DNA of 64,000 bases from Nannocystis bainbridge (GCF_028368995.1 NZ_JAQNDL010000001.1:2400001-2464000); one strand, 5' to 3'. Counted from the stretch's first letter, positions 1-10,708 are shown. Program-made: numbers and translations. Notes: generated from the letters alone by a model not told the origin.

Positions 1-743
1 GCCGTCTCGGCGTCGCCCTGCTTGAGCTCGCAGGCCTTGGCGAGCACCGCCTGGTACTCCTCCTGCGGGACCACGTGGACGCGGCCGACCATGCTCGAGT
101 GCTCGTCACCGCAGTACTCGGTGCACATCAGCGGGTACAGGCCCGCCTTGGTCGCCTCGAACCAGAGCACCGTGTAGCGCCCGGGGACCACGTCCTTCTT
201 CAGGCGGAACGCCGGCAGGTAGAACGAGTGGATGACGTCGACCGAGGTCATGGTCAGGCGCATCGGCTGGCCGACCGGGACGTACAGGTCGTTCGTCAGC
301 GAACAGCCCTTCACCTCGGGGTACTCGATCGTCCACGACCACTTCTGACCCGTCACCCGCACGTCCATCGCGTCCGGCGGCGGGGTCACCTGCTTCATGT
401 ATTCGACCTCGCCCCAGATGAACAGGATGACGAAGAAGACCGTCGGGATGGCGCTCCAGATGAACTCGAGCTTGCCGTTGTGGGTCAGCGGCGAGGTCTT
501 GGCGTGGCCATGGGCGGGCTTCTTGTACTTCCACATGAAGTACGCCTGGACCCCGATCATGCCGACGAAGGCGACGCCGCAGAGGATCCAGAAGAAGATG
601 TAGAGCGTGTCGAGCGCCTCGGCGTTGGCCGAGGCCGCCGGCAAGAGGCTCCACGGGGAGTCCGACATCGGCGGCGTGCCCGGGTTCGAGGGCGGCAACG
701 CTGCTTCCGCGGCGGCAGGGGCGATCAAGAGCGAGAAGAGCAC
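1..743 (-). CDS. coxB: Cytochrome c oxidase subunit II (3' end runs off the window)
   Basis: Translated by hand; not in the ORF track because its stop lies outside the window. GTG start at 743 after GGAGG. Contains LEFIWSAIP, GQKWSW, DVIHSF and the CuA motif CTEYCGDEHSSM. Confidence 0.93.
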   Translation of the reverse strand, partial: MLFSLLIAPAAAEAALPPSNPGTPPMSDSPWSLLPAASANAEALDTLYIFFWILCGVAFVGMIGVQAYFMWKYKKPAHGHAKTSPLTHNGKLEFIWSAIPTVFFVILFIWGEVEYMKQVTPPPDAMDVRVTGQKWSWTIEYPEVKGCSLTNDLYVPVGQPMRLTMTSVDVIHSFYLPAFRLKKDVVPGRYTVLWFEATKAGLYPLMCTEYCGDEHSSMVGRVHVVPQEEYQAVLAKACELKQGDAET

Positions 744-766
744 GGGGTTACCTCCGCAGGACCCTG

Positions 767-1606
767 TCAGGTCGTGGCCCGGCGTTCGCGCCGCCAGTAC
801 ACGAGCAGGGTTGTTCCGATCAATAACACAGTCACGGCGCCCGCGATGCGCATGAGACCGAACGCAAACGGGCCGTAGCGACCGAGGGTCGCATCGTAGT
901 GAAAGCAACTGAGGATGAGCCGGTCGATGGTGGTCCCGACGCGACCCTCGCTCGCCTCGATGAGGCCGAACTTCAGGTCGCTGGGGTTGTACGACAGGCC
1001 GTAGACGTAGCGGGCGATCTTGCCCTCGGGGGACAGGAACGCGATCACCGCCGGGTGCGCGTACTGGTCCTGCTCCGGGTCGTACGTGTACGAAATCCCG
1101 AGCTGGGCCGCGAGCAGGCGGACGTTCAGAGCGTCGCCGGTGAGGAAGGCCCAGTCGGCGTCATCGCCCCGGTTCAGCGAGTTCAGGTGGTTCTGCCGCT
1201 TCGGTGCGGCCAGCTCCGGCGTCTCGCGCGGGTCGATGCTGACGGTGACCACCCGGAAGTGCTCGTCCCCCGGCGTCCAGTCGAGCTTGTGCAGCGCGTC
1301 GGTCAGCTCGTTGAGCTGGACGTTGCAAAGCACCGGACAGCGGAAGTAGTTCATCGTCACCAGCACCGGCCGCTTGCCGTCGAGGTAGTCCCCGAGCGTG
1401 ACCCGCTTGCCGGTGTGGTCGACGAACGCGAGGCCGCGGTCGACGTCGAGGCCGAGGTGCTCGTCGACGTCGATCGCCGTCATCGCCGGCGCCAGCATCT
1501 GGTTGCTGCCCGCCTCGCGCGCCTCACCGGGCGCAGCGCGCACGACCGCGGCCGACCCGAGGGCCAGCGCGGCGGCGAGACATGCTGCGGAGATCCGGCA
1601 AGACAT
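767..1606 (-). CDS. SCO1/SenC family copper chaperone
   Basis: Signal peptide, YFRCPVLC (CxxxC), QYAHP His ligand and a C-terminal TM helix; lies directly upstream of coxB. Confidence 0.9.
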   Translation of the reverse strand: MSCRISAACLAAALALGSAAVVRAAPGEAREAGSNQMLAPAMTAIDVDEHLGLDVDRGLAFVDHTGKRVTLGDYLDGKRPVLVTMNYFRCPVLCNVQLNELTDALHKLDWTPGDEHFRVVTVSIDPRETPELAAPKRQNHLNSLNRGDDADWAFLTGDALNVRLLAAQLGISYTYDPEQDQYAHPAVIAFLSPEGKIARYVYGLSYNPSDLKFGLIEASEGRVGTTIDRLILSCFHYDATLGRYGPFAFGLMRIAGAVTVLLIGTTLLVYWRRERRATT

Positions 1607-1623
1607 GGCGACGACTCGACGAC

Positions 1624-2427
1624 TCAGTGGGCAGGCGCCGGCGCGGGCGTGGTCTTGCCCGGGTCGCTCTTGGCGCCGACCGGCTCGACGGTGCCGCCGG
1701 GCGCAGGCTTGCTGCTCTCGGACTGGCCCTTGTCGGCGTTGATCGGCATGGCCTCGTCCTTGGTGCCCGGGGGCAAGTTGGCGGGGGCGCCCTCGGCCGG
1801 CTTGGCGGCGCCGTCAGCCGGCGCAGCAGCGGCAGCGCCCTCGGCCGGCGCGCCCGCAGGCGCGGTGCCCCCGGCCGGCGCGGTGCCCTCGGCCGGCGCG
1901 GTGCCGTCGGCCGGAGCCGCGGCACCCTCGGCGCCCGGGACCGCGGGCGCGGTGCCGTCGGCCGGCTCACCGGCGGGCGGCGTGCCCGTCGGCGCGGCGG
2001 CCTTCTGCCCGCCCGCGGCGACGTCGTCGGGATGGACCCACCCGGCCGGCGCCGCGAAGGCGCCGATCTTCTCCGGCTTGGCGAGGATCAGGTCGCGCGC
2101 CGAAGCCAGCGGGATGTAGTTGTAGCGAGCGGCGACCTTGCCGTTGGCGTCGGTCAGCACGTCCTCGCCGGCGCCGCGGGTCCGCGCGTCCATGTCCGCC
2201 CGGTACTTGGCGAGCAGGCTCGAGCCCTCTTTGCCGCGCTCGGCGGTGAGGTCGCGGGCCTGGTCGTTGAACAGCTGCACGCAGGTGACCAGCGACAGCA
2301 GCGTCAGCGCGCCGAGGCCCCAGATGATGTTGAACAGCTCGCGCGTCGGCGGCGCGTCGAGCTCGTGGCCGCCGCCGTGGCCGTGGCCGGGGCCGTGTGA
2401 AGTGGAGTCGTGGTGATGCTCGGTCAT
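1624..2427 (-). CDS. Membrane protein in the ActG position of the ACIII operon, with an Ala/Pro/Gly-rich tail
   Basis: His-rich N-terminus, one TM helix and a low-complexity APAxGT-repeat C-terminus; GGAGG RBS; between actF and SCO. Confidence 0.7.
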   Translation of the reverse strand: MTEHHHDSTSHGPGHGHGGGHELDAPPTRELFNIIWGLGALTLLSLVTCVQLFNDQARDLTAERGKEGSSLLAKYRADMDARTRGAGEDVLTDANGKVAARYNYIPLASARDLILAKPEKIGAFAAPAGWVHPDDVAAGGQKAAAPTGTPPAGEPADGTAPAVPGAEGAAAPADGTAPAEGTAPAGGTAPAGAPAEGAAAAAPADGAAKPAEGAPANLPPGTKDEAMPINADKGQSESSKPAPGGTVEPVGAKSDPGKTTPAPAPAH

Positions 2428-2444
2428 GACTGCCTCCGCTCCGC

Positions 2445-3701
2445 TCAGAAGTTCTCGAACTGGATCGACTCCGCGATCCGCGGGTCACCGGTCGGGACCA
2501 GGGCCTTGCGGCCGAGCGCCCAGGTGAAGCCGGCGATGAACACGCCAGCCACGCCGAGCAGCGCCAGGAAATCGACCGGGCCGATGTGCAGGTGCATCAC
2601 GTGGTCCGTGCTCTCCTGGGCGTGGTGGTGCGCCAGGACCGGCTGGACCAGCCAGTACATGTCGACGACCTCCATGAACAGGATCCACACCGCGGCCAGC
2701 GTCAACGGCAAGGCGTTGCGCTTGGAACCGCGGGGCAGCAGGAAGAAGAACGGGATGAAGAAGCGGCCGCCGGCGAGCAGGAAGGTCAGCGGCAGGAAGT
2801 CGTCGGCGATGCGGTAACCGAACCACATCGTCTCTTCCGGGATGTTCGCGTACCAGATCAGGAAGTACTGGCTGAACGCGATGTACGTGTAGAACACCGT
2901 GAAGCCGAACAGGAACTTGCCGAGGTCGTGGAAGTGCTCGGTCGTGACGACGCCGCGCAGGTAGCCCGACTTGTGCAGCAGGATGATCGTCAGCGTGATG
3001 AACGCGAAGATCGAGAGGGCGCTGCCGGCGAAGTAGTAGACGCCGAACATGGTCGAGAACCAGTGCGGGTCGAGCGACATCAGCAGGTCGAACGCCGCGA
3101 AGGTCAGCGACAGCGCGAACAGGAACAGCGCCGGCGCGGCCCAGAACCGCATCGAGTGCGCGGCGCGCATGCCGGCCTCGGGGTTGCCGTCGGAGCCGGT
3201 GCTCTTGCCGTAGAAGAACGCCGAGAGGCCCGTCCAGACCACGAAGTACGTGATCATGCGGTACAGGAAGGACGTCTCGTTGAGGTAGCCCTTCTTCGCG
3301 TTGAGCATGAAGTCATGCTCGACCGCGGCGACGTCCGTCCAGTGATAGAGGTCGTGGGCGCCGAGGAAGATGATCGGCAGGCCGAGGAGGCACATCACCG
3401 GCAGGGTGATCATGGCGTTCTCGGCGATCCGGCGGACCGCGATCGACCAGCCGGCGCGGACCAGGTGCTGGACGATGACGAAGAACAGACCGCCGAGGCC
3501 GATGGCCAGACAGACCATGTAGGCGACCAGGTAGGCGTACCAGAACGCGTGGCTGTCGCCGTGCGAGGTCGCCCAGGCGCCGCCGATGCCGGCGGCCCCG
3601 ATCAGGAGGCCGATGATCGGCATCTTGCGCCACATCGAGCCGGCCGGGATGTGGACCTGATCGGCCGGGATGACGAACGGCTTGTCGTGAGCGTGGCTCA
3701 T
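2445..3701 (-). CDS. actF: Alternative complex III subunit ActF (NrfD-like integral membrane protein)
   Basis: About 10 TM helices; DLLMSLDPHWFSTMFG, HFHDLGK and WYANIPEET motifs; start refined to MSHAHDK. Confidence 0.9.
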   Translation of the reverse strand: MSHAHDKPFVIPADQVHIPAGSMWRKMPIIGLLIGAAGIGGAWATSHGDSHAFWYAYLVAYMVCLAIGLGGLFFVIVQHLVRAGWSIAVRRIAENAMITLPVMCLLGLPIIFLGAHDLYHWTDVAAVEHDFMLNAKKGYLNETSFLYRMITYFVVWTGLSAFFYGKSTGSDGNPEAGMRAAHSMRFWAAPALFLFALSLTFAAFDLLMSLDPHWFSTMFGVYYFAGSALSIFAFITLTIILLHKSGYLRGVVTTEHFHDLGKFLFGFTVFYTYIAFSQYFLIWYANIPEETMWFGYRIADDFLPLTFLLAGGRFFIPFFFLLPRGSKRNALPLTLAAVWILFMEVVDMYWLVQPVLAHHHAQESTDHVMHLHIGPVDFLALLGVAGVFIAGFTWALGRKALVPTGDPRIAESIQFENF

Positions 3702-3703
3702 GG

Positions 3704-4342
3704 CTACTTGGCCTCCTCGGGCGTGCGCGCGACCTGCAGCGTGCGGACCCACACCGAGATCGCCCAGCGGTCTTGCGCCGGGATCTGGGCGGCGTACGGC
3801 ATCATCGTGCCCTTGCCGTTGGTGATGACGTCGAAGAAGTGGCCGAGCGGCATGGCCCGGATCTGCGGGTCGTTGAGGTTCTTCGGAGCGACGCTGAAGC
3901 CGCCGCCGCGCTGAGTCGCCACGCCCTGGCCGCCGCCCGTGTAGTCGTGGCAGGGCTGGCAGTAGATGTTGTAGCGCTCCTCGCCGCGGGCCATCAGCTC
4001 GGTGCTGAGCTTGATCGCCGCCGGGAGACGGTCGAGCAGGCGGCCGTCAGGGCCGCGGCCGCGGTACAGCTCGTCGTCGTCGTGCAGCTGCCCGACGGCC
4101 ACGGTGCCGGCCAACGGCAGGCGCGCCGCCCTACCCTCGCACTGGTTCGGGTTGTGGGCCTTGGCGCAGTCGACGGTCTGGAAGAACTCGTTGACCTCCT
4201 GGGCGTCGAAGCGCTGCTGGAAGTCCATCTGGTTGATCAGGTGGACCGGGGGCAGCTCGGACCGGTTGCCCTGACAGCCCGCGAGGGCGCCGAGCGTACC
4301 GAGGCAGAGGGCGATGGCCTGGATCTGGTTCGTGCGTGCCAT
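3704..4342 (-). CDS. actE: ACIII monoheme cytochrome c lipoprotein ActE
   Basis: Lipobox LAGC, CQPCH heme motif, GKGTMMPYA; operon position. Confidence 0.9.
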   Translation of the reverse strand: MARTNQIQAIALCLGTLGALAGCQGNRSELPPVHLINQMDFQQRFDAQEVNEFFQTVDCAKAHNPNQCEGRAARLPLAGTVAVGQLHDDDELYRGRGPDGRLLDRLPAAIKLSTELMARGEERYNIYCQPCHDYTGGGQGVATQRGGGFSVAPKNLNDPQIRAMPLGHFFDVITNGKGTMMPYAAQIPAQDRWAISVWVRTLQVARTPEEAK

Positions 4343-4343
4343 G

Positions 4344-4889
4344 TCAGTCCTCGACCTCCTCGATGTGCAAGGCGCCGGTGCGCTCGAGCAGCTCGCGGGT
4401 CTTCTGCGGGTCGTACTTGGGGTCGCGCGCCTCGATGGCGATGAAGAACTTGTCGTCCGTGTGGCGCAGGAACCGCTCGCTGTTGAACAGCGAGTGGTAC
4501 CACATGGGCAGCCGGTTCAAGCCCAGCATGCCGAACACCGCGCCGAACGACGCGAACAGCACGCCGAGCTCGAACGTCACCGGCACGAAGGCCTGCCAGC
4601 TGAAGTACGGCTTGCCGGCGATGATGATCGGGTAGTCGACCGTCGAGGTCCACCACTGCAGCAGCATCGCCAGCGAGGCGCCGGTCATGCCCATGGCGAA
4701 CACGATCCACGGCAGCACGCTGGGACCGAGGCCCATGGCCTTGTCGAGGTTGTGCACCGCGAACGGCGTGTGCGAGTCCCACACCTTGTAGCCGGCGTCC
4801 CGGACCTGCTCGCACGCGTGGTAGACGGCGCGGGCCGTGTCGTACTCGGCGAGCAAGCCGTAGGTCTTCTTCTTGATGGGCTTACTCAT
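4344..4889 (-). CDS. actD: ACIII subunit ActD (DUF3341)
   Basis: DSHTPFAVH and IIAGKPYFSWQAFVPVTFELGVL motifs; two TM helices. Confidence 0.9.
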   Translation of the reverse strand: MSKPIKKKTYGLLAEYDTARAVYHACEQVRDAGYKVWDSHTPFAVHNLDKAMGLGPSVLPWIVFAMGMTGASLAMLLQWWTSTVDYPIIIAGKPYFSWQAFVPVTFELGVLFASFGAVFGMLGLNRLPMWYHSLFNSERFLRHTDDKFFIAIEARDPKYDPQKTRELLERTGALHIEEVED

Positions 4890-4891
4890 GG

Positions 4892-6313
4892 CTAGTGCTG
4901 CTCCCCGTGCGAATCACCGTGCGAATCACCGTGGTAGTGCGGGTTTGCGATCGCCATCACGCTCTTGACCTCGCCGATGGCGACGGTCGGGAGGTAGCGG
5001 ACGAACAGGCAGAACAGGGTGAAGAAGAGGCCGAAGCTGCCGACCAGGGTCGACACGTCCCACACCGTCGGCGAGTAGTAGTCCCAGCTCGACGGCAGGA
5101 AGTCGCGGTGGAGCGAGGTCACCGTGATGACGAAGCGCTCGAACCACATGCCGATGTTGACGAAGATCGAGAGGATGAACAGCCACACCACCGAGCGCCG
5201 GATCCGCTTGAACCAGAAGAACTGCGGCGAGATGACGTTGCAGCTGACCATGATCCAGTAGGCCCACCAGTAGTCACCGAACAGGCGGTTCTGGAACGCG
5301 AAGCTCTCGTACGGGTTGCCCGAGTACCAGGCGATGAAGAACTCCATCGCGTACGCGTAGCCGACCATCGTGCCCGTCAGCAGGATGATCTTCGCCATGT
5401 TCTCGAGGTGCTTGACCGTGATGATGTGCTCGAGCTTGAACCAGGCCCGAACCGGCAGCAGCAGGGTGAGCACCATCGCGAAGCCGGAGAAGATGGCGCC
5501 GGCGACGAAGTAGGGCGGGAAGATCGTGGTGTGCCAGCCGGGCAGCTGCGAGGCGGCGAAGTCGAAGGACACGATCGTGTGCACGGAGAGCACCAGCGGG
5601 GTGCTCAGACCGGCGAGGATCATGTAGGCCTTCTCGTAGTTGAGCCAGTGGCGCGTGGACCCGCGCCAGCCGAGCGAGAACAGCCCGTAGGCGAAGCGCC
5701 GGATCGGCGTCTTGGCCCGGTCGCGCATCGTCGCCAGGTCGGGGATGAGGCCGACGTACCAGAACAGCAGCGAGACCGTGAAGTAGGTCGAGACCGCGAA
5801 CACGTCCCAGAGGAGCGGGCTGCGGAAGTTCGGCCACATCTCCATCTGGTTCGGCAGCGGCAGCGGCCAGTAGATGAACCAGGGGCGACCGGTGTGGAAC
5901 GTCGGGAACTGCAGCGCGCAGATGACGGCGAAGATCGTCATCGCCTCCGCGGCGCGGTTGATCGACGTGCGCCACTTCTGGCGGAACAGGAACAGAACCG
6001 CCGAGATGAGCGTCCCGGCGTGGCCGATGCCGACCCAGAACACGAAGTTGACGATCGCCCAACCCCACGCCACCGGGTTGTTGAGGCCCCAGATGCCGGT
6101 GCCCATGTAGAGCAGGTAAGCGATCGAGATGAGGTACACGCCGAGCAACATCACCGACGGGATGAACGCGATCCACCAGCGGCTGCTGGGGACCTCGATC
6201 GGCCGCGCGACGGCCTCCGTCACGTCGTGGAAGGTGACGTGGTCACCCTCGACGAGTTCCATGCGGCCGGTGATCGGGTCGAGTTCGTCTTTGTACTGAG
6301 CCATGTGCGTCAC
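4892..6313 (-). CDS. actC: ACIII quinol-binding subunit ActC (NrfD/PsrC family)
   Basis: [36 protein letters not shown] and [19 protein letters not shown] motifs; the start may be 6304. Confidence 0.95.
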   Translation of the reverse strand: MTHMAQYKDELDPITGRMELVEGDHVTFHDVTEAVARPIEVPSSRWWIAFIPSVMLLGVYLISIAYLLYMGTGIWGLNNPVAWGWAIVNFVFWVGIGHAGTLISAVLFLFRQKWRTSINRAAEAMTIFAVICALQFPTFHTGRPWFIYWPLPLPNQMEMWPNFRSPLLWDVFAVSTYFTVSLLFWYVGLIPDLATMRDRAKTPIRRFAYGLFSLGWRGSTRHWLNYEKAYMILAGLSTPLVLSVHTIVSFDFAASQLPGWHTTIFPPYFVAGAIFSGFAMVLTLLLPVRAWFKLEHIITVKHLENMAKIILLTGTMVGYAYAMEFFIAWYSGNPYESFAFQNRLFGDYWWAYWIMVSCNVISPQFFWFKRIRRSVVWLFILSIFVNIGMWFERFVITVTSLHRDFLPSSWDYYSPTVWDVSTLVGSFGLFFTLFCLFVRYLPTVAIGEVKSVMAIANPHYHGDSHGDSHGEQH

Positions 6314-6319
6314 CTGGGC

Positions 6320-9300
6320 TTAGTGCGCCGGGGCGTGGTCGGCCTTGTGCTCGGCGGCAGCACCGTGGGGTGCGGCAGCAGCGGGCGCGGCGGCCGGCGC
6401 CGGAGCGGACGGAGCGAGCTCGGTGTTGGGGTTGCGGATCCGGCCGAGATAGGTGGTGCGCGGCCGCGTGTTGAGGTCGGAGAGGACGCCGTAGTGCCGG
6501 ATGTTGGCGCGGAGCTGCGAGACCCGAGTGGTCGGGTCGGCGACATCGCCGAACACGATGGCCTGCGAGGCACACGACTGCTCGCACGCCATGACGATGA
6601 CGCCGTCCTTGACGGTGTCCTCGCCCGCGGTGTGGGCCTGGATCTTGGCCTCTTGGATCCGCTGGACGCAGTACGAGCACTTCTCGATGACGCCGCGGAA
6701 GCGCACCGTGACGTCCGGGTTCTTCTGCATCCACAGCAACTTCTCGTCGTCGCTGTTGATCGGGTCGCGGTTGAAGTTGAAGAAGTTGAACCGCCGGACC
6801 TTGTACGGGCAGTTGTTGGCGCAGTACCGCGTGCCGATGCAGCGGTTGTACGCCATGTCGTTCAGGCCCTCGGGGCTGTGCGCGGTGGCGGCCACCGGGC
6901 ACACGTTCTCGCACGGGGCGGTCTCACAGTGCTGGCACAGCATCGGCTGGACGACCGCGGCCGGGTCCTCCTTGGCGCCGCTGTAGTAGCGGTCCAGGCG
7001 GATCCAGTGCATCTCGCGGCCGTTGGCGACCTGGGCCCGGCCGACGACCGGGATGTTGTTCTCGGCCTGACAGGCGACGACGCAGGCGCTGCAGCCGTTG
7101 CACTTGTTGAGGTCGATGACCATGCCCCACTGCTGCTTGCCGACCATCGCCGGCGCGCCGAAGTCGGGGTGGGTGTTGTGATCCCACAGCGAGACCAGCT
7201 TGTCGGCCGCCATGAGGTCGCCCTTGATGGCGAACTCGCGGCCGGTGGCCTTGAAGTGGTCGACGGTGGTCTCGCGCACGATCGGGCGCTCGGGGTAGCC
7301 GCGGCCCGGATTCAGCAGCTTGGGGTCGTGGTCGTCGCGCGTCGACGCGGTGTCGATCGCTGGCGACAGCGAGCCCCAGTCCTGCGTCGAGTAGATCTTG
7401 CGCTGACCGCCGGCCTTGCTGACGTCGCCGCCCTGGACGAACCAGAGGTTGGCGGCCGACTGCAGGGGGTAGACATCGATGCCCGAGCCGTTGGCGGCGA
7501 GGCCGATGTTCTCGCGGCCGTAGCCGAGCGCGAGCGAGACGGTGTCGTCGGCCTGGCCCGGGGCGATCCAGATCGGGATCTGGATCGAGCGGCCGCCGAC
7601 GCTGACGGTCACGAGGTCGCAGTTCTCGACGCCGAGCTTGCGCGCGGTGTCGATGCTGACGTAGGCCGCGTTGTCCCAGGTCAGCTTCGTCATCGGGTGC
7701 GGCAGCTCCTGCAGCCACCCGACGTTGGCGAACCGACCATCGGCGACCTTGGGGTCGATGTGGAAGTTGATCTCGAACTTGCTGGCGGTGAAGTCGGCCG
7801 CCTTGATCGCCTCGGCGACCTTGGCGTACTCGCGCGGGATCGGGTTCTGGCCCGAGCGCGGGACGCCGTGGACGACGCCGTCGTGCAGCCAGCGGCGCCA
7901 GACCTTGTCGGACCACATGGCGCCGAGGGCCTTCCGCCAGTAGCCCTGGACCAGGCTGTAGCCGTCGACCTGAGCGTCGCTGGCGATCCAGGACAGCAGC
8001 TCGAGCGCGCTCTTGCTCTGGTGGAGCGGAGCGATCAGCGGCTGGACGATCGAGATGGTGGCGTCGGCCGCCTCGAGGTCGCCCCACGCCTCGAAGTAGG
8101 TGGTCGCGGGCAGGTGCCACGCGGCCAGCTTGCCGGTCTCGTCGTTGTAGAGGCCGTGGTGGATGAGCGTGACGCCCTTGAGCTTGCCGGCCAGGTCGAG
8201 CTCGCCCGGGGTCTCGTAGACCGGGTTGCACTCGACGACCAGCACGGTGTCGATGCCGGCGCCGAGCGCCGCCGCGAGCGCGGTGACCGGCTCGGCCACC
8301 ACCGCGGTGTCGTCGTGGCGCAGGCGGACGCTGCTGCCGACGTTGCCGAGCATGACGTTGATGAGCAGGCCGAGCGCGTGGACCCACGCGGGCTGGCGCT
8401 CGCCGACGATCACGAGGCTGTGCGCGTCGCGGGCGTCCTTGGCCGCCAGCAGGTCCTTGGCCAGGACCTTGACGAACTGCTGCTCGGCGTCGGTGAGGGT
8501 GACGGCCGGCAGGCTGCCCAGCACCGCCTCGGCGCCGCTCGGCGCCTTGGTGCTGCCCTTGATCTCGTTCATCAGCGCGACGAGGACCGCGCCGACCTGG
8601 CTGGCGCGCATGCGCAGGCGGTGGTCGGCCTGGGCGCCGGTGATGCTGAAGTGCGGCTCGACGACGTAGAGCCGGTTCATGCTGGCGGCGTCGTCCTGCG
8701 AGTGGACGTCGCGGCCGGCGGCGAACTCCCGCTGGAGGCGGACGCTGTCTTGCTCGCCGCACAGGAAGTCGGAGTCGGCCGAGAAGATGACGCGCGTGCC
8801 GGCGGGGGTGACCTGGCCGCCCGCGCTGCCCTTGCCCTGGATGTGCGAGGTGAAGCGGGTGCCCGCGCCACACAGCATCTCGGCGCCGGCGTCGGCGTTC
8901 TGCGAGCCGACGACGTCGCCGTTGTAGAGCTTGGCCTTGGGGAAGTTGGTGGTGAAGGTCTTGACGGCCTCACGCAGCGACGGCGACAGCACCGTCGGCA
9001 GCACGACCGCGAGCCCCTGGCCGCCCTTGCCGCGCAGCGCCTTGAAGGTCGCGCCGAGCTCCTCGGTGGCGGTGTCCCAGTCGGTCGCCTCCTGCACGTC
9101 GCCGTTGCGCTTCAGCGGGGTCCGCGAGCGCGCCGGGTCGTACAGGACCATGACGCTGGCCTGGGCCCACGAGTCGGTCGCGCCGAGCGAGCCGCTGTGG
9201 CGCGGGTTACCCTCGACCTTGGTCGGGCGCCCGTCCTGCGACTCGACCAGCAGGCCCTGCACGGTGCCGCCGACCTGGTACGCGGTGGCGTAGAAGACCG

Positions 9301-9583
9301 CCTGGCCGGGGATGGTGTCCTCGGGCCGCTTGCTCAGCGGGACGATGTGCTCGACCGGCTTGCGCACGCACCCGGCCGAGACCAGCGCCGTCGAGGCGCC
9401 GACGAGGCCCATGAACTTGCGCCGCGCCAGCGAGGTCGCGGGCACGAAGCTGGTGCCGCCGCCGCTCTGCTGCGCGCTCGCGTCCTTGAGGCCCGGGAAC
9501 TCGTCGTGCTGCGGGGCCAGCGTGCCGTCGTGATCCGCGAGGCTGCGCCAGTATGCCTTGAGGTTGTCGGTGGACTTGGTCAT
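6320..9583 (-). CDS. actB: ACIII subunit ActB (molybdopterin-oxidoreductase-like plus Fe-S ferredoxin domains)
   Basis: YWRSL leader, Tat motif RRKFMG with lipid Cys, GRPTKVEGNP; Fe-S motifs CNGCSACVVAC, CQHCETAPCENVC, CIGTRYCANNC and CSYC. Confidence 0.95.
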   Translation of the reverse strand: MTKSTDNLKAYWRSLADHDGTLAPQHDEFPGLKDASAQQSGGGTSFVPATSLARRKFMGLVGASTALVSAGCVRKPVEHIVPLSKRPEDTIPGQAVFYATAYQVGGTVQGLLVESQDGRPTKVEGNPRHSGSLGATDSWAQASVMVLYDPARSRTPLKRNGDVQEATDWDTATEELGATFKALRGKGGQGLAVVLPTVLSPSLREAVKTFTTNFPKAKLYNGDVVGSQNADAGAEMLCGAGTRFTSHIQGKGSAGGQVTPAGTRVIFSADSDFLCGEQDSVRLQREFAAGRDVHSQDDAASMNRLYVVEPHFSITGAQADHRLRMRASQVGAVLVALMNEIKGSTKAPSGAEAVLGSLPAVTLTDAEQQFVKVLAKDLLAAKDARDAHSLVIVGERQPAWVHALGLLINVMLGNVGSSVRLRHDDTAVVAEPVTALAAALGAGIDTVLVVECNPVYETPGELDLAGKLKGVTLIHHGLYNDETGKLAAWHLPATTYFEAWGDLEAADATISIVQPLIAPLHQSKSALELLSWIASDAQVDGYSLVQGYWRKALGAMWSDKVWRRWLHDGVVHGVPRSGQNPIPREYAKVAEAIKAADFTASKFEINFHIDPKVADGRFANVGWLQELPHPMTKLTWDNAAYVSIDTARKLGVENCDLVTVSVGGRSIQIPIWIAPGQADDTVSLALGYGRENIGLAANGSGIDVYPLQSAANLWFVQGGDVSKAGGQRKIYSTQDWGSLSPAIDTASTRDDHDPKLLNPGRGYPERPIVRETTVDHFKATGREFAIKGDLMAADKLVSLWDHNTHPDFGAPAMVGKQQWGMVIDLNKCNGCSACVVACQAENNIPVVGRAQVANGREMHWIRLDRYYSGAKEDPAAVVQPMLCQHCETAPCENVCPVAATAHSPEGLNDMAYNRCIGTRYCANNCPYKVRRFNFFNFNRDPINSDDEKLLWMQKNPDVTVRFRGVIEKCSYCVQRIQEAKIQAHTAGEDTVKDGVIVMACEQSCASQAIVFGDVADPTTRVSQLRANIRHYGVLSDLNTRPRTTYLGRIRNPNTELAPSAPAPAAAPAAAAPHGAAAEHKADHAPAH

Positions 9584-9607
9584 GCGAAAAACCTGTCTGG
9601 CGGCGGG

Positions 9608-10261
9608 TTAGCGGTGGCACCCCGAGCAATGCTCCGGCGGGTTGACGTCGCGCTTGCGCTTCGGATCCTTGGCGGCGTCGTACGCCTTGCCGTCCGTGGC
9701 GGGGTCCCACGCCATGTTGGTGATCTGATCGACGGGCCGGAGGTTCGGCTCCGGGTTGCGGTGACACTCGAGGCACCAACCCATCGACAGCGGCTGGTCC
9801 ATCTCGACGATCGTCATCTGATCGATGCGACCGTGGCAGGACGAGCAGCCGACGCCCGCCGCGAGGTGCGGGCGGTGATCGAAGAACGCGAAGTCCGGCA
9901 GCTGGTGGACGCGCACCCACGGGATGGTCTCGCCCGTCTCGAAGCTGTCGCGCACGAGCTTGAGCCGCGGGCTGTCGGTCTTGACCAGCGAGTGGCAGTT
10001 CATGCAGGTCGCCGCCGGGGGCACGGCCGCGACGGCGGCGCGCTCGACCGTGTTGTGGCAGTAGCGACAGTCCATGCCCATGTCACCCGCGTGCAGCTTG
10101 TGGCTGAACGGCACCGGCTGGATCGGGCGGTAGCCGACGTCCGTGTACTTCGGCGAGAAGTAGTACCAGACGAAGCCGACGAGGCCGGCGAGCGCGAAGG
10201 GGCCGAGCACAGCGACGGCGAGCGGGATGTTGTTGGTCCAGCGGGGAAAGATGGCCGGCAC
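9608..10261 (-). CDS. actA: ACIII multiheme cytochrome c ActA (cytochrome c3 family)
   Basis: N-terminal TM helix, QPVPFSHKLH, and five CxxCH motifs (CRYCH, CMNCH, CSSCH, CLECH, CSGCH). Confidence 0.95.
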   Translation of the reverse strand: MPAIFPRWTNNIPLAVAVLGPFALAGLVGFVWYYFSPKYTDVGYRPIQPVPFSHKLHAGDMGMDCRYCHNTVERAAVAAVPPAATCMNCHSLVKTDSPRLKLVRDSFETGETIPWVRVHQLPDFAFFDHRPHLAAGVGCSSCHGRIDQMTIVEMDQPLSMGWCLECHRNPEPNLRPVDQITNMAWDPATDGKAYDAAKDPKRKRDVNPPEHCSGCHR

Positions 10262-10708
10262 TTCAGTTCACCCTCTTCTTAAAAGGTCCAGGGAGGCCGC
10301 AGGGACCCCCCGTGCTGGGACGTGTTCGTGGCGCGACATGAAAGCAGCGAGAAACGACCAGGACCCTTGTTTCGCGGCGCACCCTAACAGCACCGCGGGC
10401 GCCAGTGCAACAGTCGTGAGCGGGCCCGAGGTCGAATGCGCCGGCAAGTTTCGCGGCATTTCGTATGGATTGTGAATGACGGGCTCGGCGCCGCCGACCG
10501 GTGCGACCGCGGGTCTCAGTCCGGGCGGTCGAGCGCGGCGCTGCGGCGCGTACAGGTGTTCGCAAATCGCAGATCCGAGGCGCGGCCCGGGCGACATGTG
10601 CGGAGGCACAAGAGACCCGAAGTGCGATCTCTCGAAGGCCGCTGAGGCGGCTTTTCGGCTCGCCGTATGCGTCTGCGTCGCGAGACCGGGACAGCGGCGA
10701 TTCGTCGC

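Noticed and set aside
4895-10282. 1795-aa plus-strand ORF, and similar long ORFs at 24620-28330(+), 47504-51748(+), 51998-54745(+) and 18882-21428(-)
   Set aside because: These are antisense shadows of well-supported genes, a normal artefact of high GC3; they have no motifs.
10262-10708. Riboswitch/ncRNA or FNR box upstream of actA
   Set aside because: No recognisable consensus or convincing structure by eye; an Rfam/Infernal scan would be needed.
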